From Actinomycetota bacterium (GTDB taxonomy: Bacteria > Actinomycetota > Actinomycetes > Actinomycetales > Microbacteriaceae), in assembly GCA_009703455.1 (NCBI GenBank), contig WLGB01000001.1, positions 1 to 63,898 on the forward strand: 63,898 bases of DNA, read 5' to 3'. Position numbers and translations under genes: made by a program. Within the stretch, counting starts at the first letter, position 1; each line of letters opens with the position of its first letter. Positions 58,237 to 63,898 of the stretch are shown piece by piece. Below the pieces are notes generated by a model. It worked only from the letters and a program-made list of their open reading frames with translations. It searched no databases and was not told the origin of the DNA.

Positions 58237-59580
58237 CCGAGCCAGCGACTCATCCCTCTCAGCCTTATGGTCAAGCATTGGCTCGGGGTAGCCATGTGTC
58301 AGTCCGTCTACTATCAACCAAGGTTCATGTACCTCAATACCTTCTAGGTGTCTGAGTTCTGGAATGTACTTGCGAACATAGTTTCCCTCTGGATCAAATT
58401 TGTAACCTTGAAGAATTGGGTTGAAGACCCTGTAATACGGAGAGGCGTCGGTGCCGCAACCTGCTGTCCACTGCCAACCATGCGAGTTCGAGGCAGGATC
58501 AAAGTCAGAAAGGTTCTCTTCAAACCAATTGGCCCCTTGTTGCCACTCAAGATGCAAATCCTTGACCAGAAAAGACGCCACGATCATCCTTACCCGATTA
58601 TGCATCCAGCCGGTCAATTTTAACTGCCTCATCCCGGCATCGACCATAGGGAATCCGGTGGTCCCAGTTTTCCAACGCTCAAGCTTTTTCTGAGCAGAAG
58701 CCCCGGAATCGTATCGCATGTTCCTAAACCGTGGCTCGTAGTAATCATCTAGAGTGTGTGGATTTCTATAGAGCACGTCGGCATAGAACTCTCGCCAAGC
58801 TATTTCCTTCCGAAAGACGTTGTGACCTTCGGTGCCCGAAAGCCGAGCGAGTAAAGTTCTGGGATGAATTTCGCCATGCGCCAAAGCATGAGACAGGTGA
58901 GAAGTCCCCGACAGATCGGCTCGATTGCGATCTTCGGAGTACTGATCTAGCGCTCGATCTTGGAATCTGGAAAAGGTCGCCAAGGCAAAAGCTTCGCCGG
59001 CACGAACTCGAAAGCTAGCCTCAGAAGTAGGCATGGGGATTAAGCTCTCACCGCTTCGCTCTGTCCAAATAAAACCCTCTGTAAGCTCTGCTGGCTCCAG
59101 CCATCCTGCGTCGAACCAGGCTCGAAAAAATGGAGTGTAAACCCGGTAAGCGGTTCCATCCGATGGCTTGTGCACGGTGCCAGGTTTCACCGCGTAATAG
59201 GAATCTTCCAATACCAGCTCAATGCCGGCACCCTTAAGTTTGGCGGCCAGAACTCTTTGTTCTGCAATGCCCTCAGGGTCGAAGCTTTCTGTGGCATGCA
59301 CATGCCTAACTCCTTGTTTGATAGCCAAATCAACAAGAGAAGACATTGTGTCATCGGAGACCACCTGCAGGCTTCTAGCTGTTGACTCGTCAAGAGCTTT
59401 TAAAGACTCAACCAGTGAGTGCTGACGGACTCCACTCAGTGACAAAAACTCCTTGTCGTTATACCAAAAGACGGGTAAAACACTCTTGTCGCCATCTTTG
59501 ATGGCAGCACTCGCACACCCATTTAGTGCCACGTTGTCTTGGAGTCTCCGGTCTCGCCGGAACCAGAACATTCTGGCCAT
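58213..59580 (-). CDS. phrB: Deoxyribodipyrimidine photolyase (class I CPD-photolyase-like)
   Basis: WFRRDxRLQDN, YRVYTPF, TSHLS, WREFY, TGFPMVDAGMRQL, GWMHNRVRM, WQWTAGCGTDA, RVFNP. Confidence 0.92.
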   Translation of the reverse strand: MARMFWFRRDRRLQDNVALNGCASAAIKDGDKSVLPVFWYNDKEFLSLSGVRQHSLVESLKALDESTARSLQVVSDDTMSSLVDLAIKQGVRHVHATESFDPEGIAEQRVLAAKLKGAGIELVLEDSYYAVKPGTVHKPSDGTAYRVYTPFFRAWFDAGWLEPAELTEGFIWTERSGESLIPMPTSEASFRVRAGEAFALATFSRFQDRALDQYSEDRNRADLSGTSHLSHALAHGEIHPRTLLARLSGTEGHNVFRKEIAWREFYADVLYRNPHTLDDYYEPRFRNMRYDSGASAQKKLERWKTGTTGFPMVDAGMRQLKLTGWMHNRVRMIVASFLVKDLHLEWQQGANWFEENLSDFDPASNSHGWQWTAGCGTDASPYYRVFNPILQGYKFDPEGNYVRKYIPELRHLEGIEVHEPWLIVDGLTHGYPEPMLDHKAERDESLARLEEIKIK

Positions 59581-60492
59581 TTAGTTTCGACCAAATCTTT
59601 GATACCTCGAACGCAGTGCAAGCAACTGAAATGTCAAAAATGCAATAATCACTGCCGCACCAAACATGTGTGCCCCCGCCATAAGAGCAGGAACCCCTAG
59701 GTTTGACTGCACCACTCCAAGTATCGCCTGCATGACAGAAACCAACAGTAGTGATCCGAGGGATATATATGCTGGGTTAGATAAGCGTGAAGATTGAAGG
59801 CTAGCCGCTGTTAAGAAAAAAGCTACAGCAATCAAAAGCGTCATTAGGTAAGCCGGATATGAGTGGTAGTGCTGCCAAACTTCTAGATCAAATCCGTTTC
59901 TAGGTGTGGCGGCATCGCCCGCATGAGGACCGGCACCCGTGACAACGACTCCAACAACTACTGCAGCCCAGCCCACAACAAAAATGGGCCAGGAAAGATT
60001 AACAGCCCAATAGCTAATGGGGGAATGCTCAGGTGAATACACTCTCCACGTCAACACTGCTGCTATGGAGATCAGGACTCCCGAAAGAAGGAAGTGAGCT
60101 CCCACAACCCAGGAATTCAGGCCAGTGAGCACTGTTAAGCCACCTAGCAGGGCTTGAGCAATAATTCCAAGGCCCAGTAGCAGTGCTGGCCAGGTAAGTC
60201 CAAAGCGGAGGCTCTTTGAAGTCCGTCGCACTACGATAAAGGTCAGCAGGGCGATGATAACAAGCACAAAAGTTAAGAGCCTGTTGCCGAATTCGATGAT
60301 CCCGTGCCAGCCCATTTCAGGGACCGTGACAAACGAGTCTTCTGTGCACCTCGGCCAGGTTGGGCAACCTAGGCCTGAACCGGTTAGTCGGACCAAGCCT
60401 CCGGTCACCACAATCATTATTTGGCTTGCTAGTGATGCTATGGCATAGACCTTGAGTCTCTCGGGGGAGAAAATGGCCCTAATCAGCGTCAT
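59581..60492 (-). CDS. ctaA: Heme A synthase (COX15/CtaA family)
   Basis: GGLVRLTGSGLGCPTWPRC, IEFGNR, TGAGPHAGD, about 8 TM helices. Start taken at ATG 60492 with a GGGAG SD. Confidence 0.93.
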   Translation of the reverse strand: MTLIRAIFSPERLKVYAIASLASQIMIVVTGGLVRLTGSGLGCPTWPRCTEDSFVTVPEMGWHGIIEFGNRLLTFVLVIIALLTFIVVRRTSKSLRFGLTWPALLLGLGIIAQALLGGLTVLTGLNSWVVGAHFLLSGVLISIAAVLTWRVYSPEHSPISYWAVNLSWPIFVVGWAAVVVGVVVTGAGPHAGDAATPRNGFDLEVWQHYHSYPAYLMTLLIAVAFFLTAASLQSSRLSNPAYISLGSLLLVSVMQAILGVVQSNLGVPALMAGAHMFGAAVIIAFLTFQLLALRSRYQRFGRN

Positions 60493-60539
60493 ATAACTCC
60501 CTGACATCTCTCTATCACGCCTAGCTAGGGCAATGTTGG

Positions 60540-60641
60540 TAAACTTTGAAGACACTACAAGTTTCGCATGATTTTCGTGCGGGAATTCCGCAGCTTGAAG
60601 GCGGGTTGTACTGGTCAGCACAACTTACCTAAGGGGTCTAC
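60540..60641 (+). promoter_or_regulatory. suf operon promoter (-10 TAAACT at 60540-60545) and candidate structured 5' leader
   Basis: Three nested stems with plus-strand G-U pairs (see findings); AAGGGG SD at 60631-60636. Confidence 0.5.
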
Positions 60642-62060
60642 ATGACTGAGAACATCATCGAACGGCCAGAACTTGACAGCCTCGGTACTTACGAATACGG
60701 CTGGTCAGACGGAAACGACGCCGGCGCAACCGCCAAGCGCGGTATCAGCGAGGATGTAGTTCGTGACATCTCGAACCTAAAATCCGAACCCCAGTGGATG
60801 CTTGACCGTAGGCTCAAGGGCTACGAGTACTTTCTAAAGAAGCCGATGCCGGCATGGGGCGCGGACTTATCTGGAATTGACTTTGACAACATCAAGTACT
60901 TTGTTCGCTCTACTGAGCGCCAGGCACAGAGTTGGGAAGATCTGCCTGAGGAGATTAAGAACACCTATGAGAAGCTAGGAATCCCAGAGGCAGAGCGCCA
61001 GCGTCTAGTGGCTGGAGTTGCTGCTCAGTACGAGTCCGAAGTTGTTTATCACCAGATAAACGAAGAACTGGAGAAGAAGGGAGTCCTTTTCCTAGACACC
61101 GACACTGCCCTAAAAGAACACCCTGAAATCTTTAAGGAATACTTCGGTACCGTAATTCCTGCCGGCGATAACAAGTTTGCCGCATTGAACACATCGGTAT
61201 GGTCGGGGGGGTCGTTTGTCTACGTCCCAAAGGGCGTACAGGTAGAAATCCCTCTACAGGCCTATTTCAGAATCAACACCGAGAACATGGGTCAGTTCGA
61301 ACGAACCCTGATTATTGCGGACGAGGATTCTTACGTTCATTACATCGAAGGTTGCACCGCTCCGGTCTACAAGTCAGACTCACTGCACTCGGCTGTAGTT
61401 GAAATCATTGTTAAAAAAGGTGCGCGCGTTAGATACACCACAATTCAGAACTGGTCGAACAACGTTTACAACCTAGTCACCAAGCGTGCCATCGCACATG
61501 AGGGCGCCACCATGGAGTGGATCGATGGCAACATCGGTTCGAAGGTTACAATGAAGTACCCATCAGTAATTCTGGCGGGGGAGCATGCACGTGGTGAGAC
61601 ACTTTCAGTAGCGTTTGCCGGTGAAGGTCAGCATCAAGACGCCGGTGCCAAGATGATTCACTTAGCCCCATACACATCTTCGTCAATTGTTTCCAAGTCC
61701 ATTGCTCGCGGCGGCGGAAGAACTTCTTACCGTGGAGAGATTCGCGTAAACCCTGGGGCACACCACAGCGCAAACACAGTTCGCTGTGACGCATTGCTTG
61801 TGGACACGATTTCACGATCCGACACATACCCAGCCGTAGACGTGCGTGAAGACGACGTGTCCATGGGCCACGAAGCAACTGTGTCCAGAGTTAGCGAAGA
61901 ACAGCTGTTCTATCTTCAGTCACGCGGTATGCCTGAAGACGAGGCGATGGCAATGATTGTTCGTGGCTTCATTGAACCAATCGCCAAGGAACTGCCGATG
62001 GAGTATGCACTTGAGCTAAACAAACTAATCGAGATGCAGATGGAAGGGGCTGTCGGCTAG
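60642..62060 (+). CDS. sufB: Fe-S cluster assembly protein SufB
   Basis: [36 protein letters not shown]. Confidence 0.98.
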   Translation: MTENIIERPELDSLGTYEYGWSDGNDAGATAKRGISEDVVRDISNLKSEPQWMLDRRLKGYEYFLKKPMPAWGADLSGIDFDNIKYFVRSTERQAQSWEDLPEEIKNTYEKLGIPEAERQRLVAGVAAQYESEVVYHQINEELEKKGVLFLDTDTALKEHPEIFKEYFGTVIPAGDNKFAALNTSVWSGGSFVYVPKGVQVEIPLQAYFRINTENMGQFERTLIIADEDSYVHYIEGCTAPVYKSDSLHSAVVEIIVKKGARVRYTTIQNWSNNVYNLVTKRAIAHEGATMEWIDGNIGSKVTMKYPSVILAGEHARGETLSVAFAGEGQHQDAGAKMIHLAPYTSSSIVSKSIARGGGRTSYRGEIRVNPGAHHSANTVRCDALLVDTISRSDTYPAVDVREDDVSMGHEATVSRVSEEQLFYLQSRGMPEDEAMAMIVRGFIEPIAKELPMEYALELNKLIEMQMEGAVG

Positions 62061-63235
62061 TGGGAGAGGCGACCAAGACAGCTCAACACGGGCTGTCAGA
62101 GCACAGCCATGGCTTCGGCGTCCCGATTCAAACCCGATCCGAGAGATTAAAATCTTCGGTTCTGGCCGATTTTGCCGAGATCTCTACCAGGGAAGAGCAG
62201 TGGAGATACATAACCGCTGATCGCCTTGGTGGGCTTGATCAACCTGGTTTGGATGAGTTCTCTGGTGACATTGAAGCAAAACTCGCAGAGGGTGTTGAGG
62301 TTTCCTGGATTGACTCCACACACAAGCTATTTGGTGCCGCCGGCCTTCCGGAGGATCGAGTCGCAGCCGCTGGCTGGGAAGCGGCAAAGGCCGCATATTT
62401 GGTGTCTATTCCTGGGTCGGTAATTGGTTCAGCGCAGAGTAGTGTTGCAATCACATCAGTCAATACTGATCCTGCCGCTCTACACATGATTGTGGAGGCC
62501 AAGCGAGGATCAGATGCAGTTGTGATTATCGACCACCGCGGCGACGCTACCTTGTCAGAAAACATTGAATTCTTTCTCGAAGATGAAGCAAAACTTACAG
62601 TTGTCAGTATCCAGGACTGGAACGATGGTTCGATACACAACGGGGCTCAGTACGCGATGCTTGGGAAGAATTCGACTCTTAAACACATCATGGTGACACT
62701 AGGTGGATCGGTTGTTCGCATGACACCTTCGGCCTATTTTGGAGCTGCCGGTGGAGATGCCGCACTTTATGGACTGTACTTTGCCGACGCTGGCCAATAT
62801 CTCGAGCATCGAATCTTTGTAGATCACGCCACCCCCAATTGCAAATCCAGAGTTACCTACAAGGGCGCATTGCAGGGGAAAAATGCACACACAGTTTGGG
62901 TGGGCGACGTACTAATTCGAGCCGAGGCCGAAGGTACCGATACTTATGAACTAAACCGGAATCTACTGTTGACTGACGGTGCAAGAGCTGACTCGGTGCC
63001 AAATCTTGAGATCGAAACCGGCCAGATACAAGGTGCCGGCCACGCTAGCGCATCGGGTCGCTTTGACGATGAGCAGCTTTTTTACCTCCAGGCTCGCGGT
63101 TTACCCGAACTAGAGGCAAGAAGACTTGTGGTCCGCGGATTTCTTATGGAAGTAGTTCAGCAAATTGGTGTTCCTGAACTTGAGCTTAGGCTGGCTGAAT
63201 CAATTGAACTAGAGCTGGAGAGGAGCGCGAGCTGA
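62060..63235 (+). CDS. sufD: Fe-S cluster assembly protein SufD
   Basis: EEQWRY, YKGALQG, ADSVPNLEIE, GHASASG, FYLQARG. Confidence 0.96.
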   Translation: MGEATKTAQHGLSEHSHGFGVPIQTRSERLKSSVLADFAEISTREEQWRYITADRLGGLDQPGLDEFSGDIEAKLAEGVEVSWIDSTHKLFGAAGLPEDRVAAAGWEAAKAAYLVSIPGSVIGSAQSSVAITSVNTDPAALHMIVEAKRGSDAVVIIDHRGDATLSENIEFFLEDEAKLTVVSIQDWNDGSIHNGAQYAMLGKNSTLKHIMVTLGGSVVRMTPSAYFGAAGGDAALYGLYFADAGQYLEHRIFVDHATPNCKSRVTYKGALQGKNAHTVWVGDVLIRAEAEGTDTYELNRNLLLTDGARADSVPNLEIETGQIQGAGHASASGRFDDEQLFYLQARGLPELEARRLVVRGFLMEVVQQIGVPELELRLAESIELELERSAS

Positions 63236-63555
63236 TGGCCATTAAGATTTGCAAAGTCGAAGATGTTGCACCAGGCAAAGCGCTTCGCGTAAAAATCGGG
63301 GAAGATGCTATTGCGCTAGTGCACACCAAAAAAGGTGAGTTCAAGGCCATAGCTGACAAATGTTCGCACGGCGAGATTTCGCTCAGTGAAGGCTTCGTCG
63401 ATGACGAGACAATCGAGTGCTGGGCTCATGGAGCAAAGTTTTCACTTGACACCGGCGAGCCACTTAGTCTTCCAGCCTACGAACCGGTAGCGGTTTACGA
63501 AGTGCTCATCGATAATGGTGAAATTTTTATTGAATATGACAAGGACACGGAGTAA
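63235..63555 (+). CDS. Rieske-type [2Fe-2S] ferredoxin in the suf operon
   Basis: CSH...CWAHG Rieske ligands; 106 aa. Confidence 0.93.
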   Translation: MAIKICKVEDVAPGKALRVKIGEDAIALVHTKKGEFKAIADKCSHGEISLSEGFVDDETIECWAHGAKFSLDTGEPLSLPAYEPVAVYEVLIDNGEIFIEYDKDTE

Positions 63556-63559
63556 TTAA

Positions 63560-63898
63560 ATGGCGACACTGGAAATTAGGAACCTACACGTATCGGTTGA
63601 GACCGAGCAAGGCACCAAAGAAATTCTGCGCGGAGTTGACCTTGTGATAAAAAGCGGGGAGACCCATGCAGTTATGGGCCCAAACGGCTCAGGTAAGTCG
63701 ACCCTTGCCTACTCAATCGCTGGTCACCCGAAATATCAAGTGACTCAAGGTGAGATTCTGCTCGACGGCGAGAACGTGCTGGAGATGTCAGTCGATGAGC
63801 GAGCACGCGCTGGACTATTTTTGGCAATGCAGTACCCAGTGGAGATCCCTGGAGTGAGTGTTTCGAACTTTCTGCGAACTGCCAAAACTGCAGTGGAT
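63560..63898 (+). CDS. sufC: Fe-S cluster assembly ATPase SufC (3' truncated by window edge)
   Basis: ATG 63560 reads [13 protein letters not shown]...[14 protein letters not shown]...[13 protein letters not shown]; open to the window end. Confidence 0.96.
   Translation, partial: MATLEIRNLHVSVETEQGTKEILRGVDLVIKSGETHAVMGPNGSGKSTLAYSIAGHPKYQVTQGEILLDGENVLEMSVDERARAGLFLAMQYPVEIPGVSVSNFLRTAKTAVD

Noticed and set aside
60493-60621. Longer N-termini in the ORF track for ctaA (also pyrC, gltD, polA, uvrB, whiA)
   Set aside because: The extensions overlap neighbouring genes or promoters. Downstream starts match the family N-termini and have SD, -10 or coupling support.
63235-63555. Rieske ferredoxin within the suf operon as an anomaly
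   Set aside because: The sufB-sufD-Rieske-sufC order is a known arrangement in several actinobacterial lineages.

Overview
This is core chromosome of an actinobacterium, most likely a streamlined freshwater Microbacteriaceae (Luna cluster, Aquiluna/Rhodoluna-like). That assignment is inferred from gene content, gene order, moderate GC and very tight packing. The plus strand carries the pyr/car operon, gmk-rpoZ-coaBC-metK-priA-fmt-rsmB-rpe, the trp genes, lgt, gltBD, pyk, pdtaR, polA-rpsA-coaE-uvrBAC-rapZ-whiA-sodA-gap-pgk-tpiA-secG-rbpA, ctaB and the start of the suf operon. The minus strand carries tRNA-Leu(CAA), a hotdog thioesterase, the pentose-phosphate operon tkt-tal-pgi-zwf-opcA-pgl, and ctaA followed by a photolyase. 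I saw no mobile element, prophage, CRISPR array or defence island. The best leads are: (1) an RbpA-family RNA polymerase-binding protein fused to a ~116-aa histone-H1/HupB-like Lys/Ala tail; (2) a foldable three-way-junction 5' leader on a suf operon with no adjacent sufR; (3) structured leaders on gltB, rpsA and tkt; (4) an 80-bp spacer where his genes are expected between rpe and trpE, holding a small ORF and a hairpin over the trpE start; (5) a photolyase coupled to heme A synthase; (6) a set of apparent leaderless promoters. All structure calls were made by eye and need computational confirmation.
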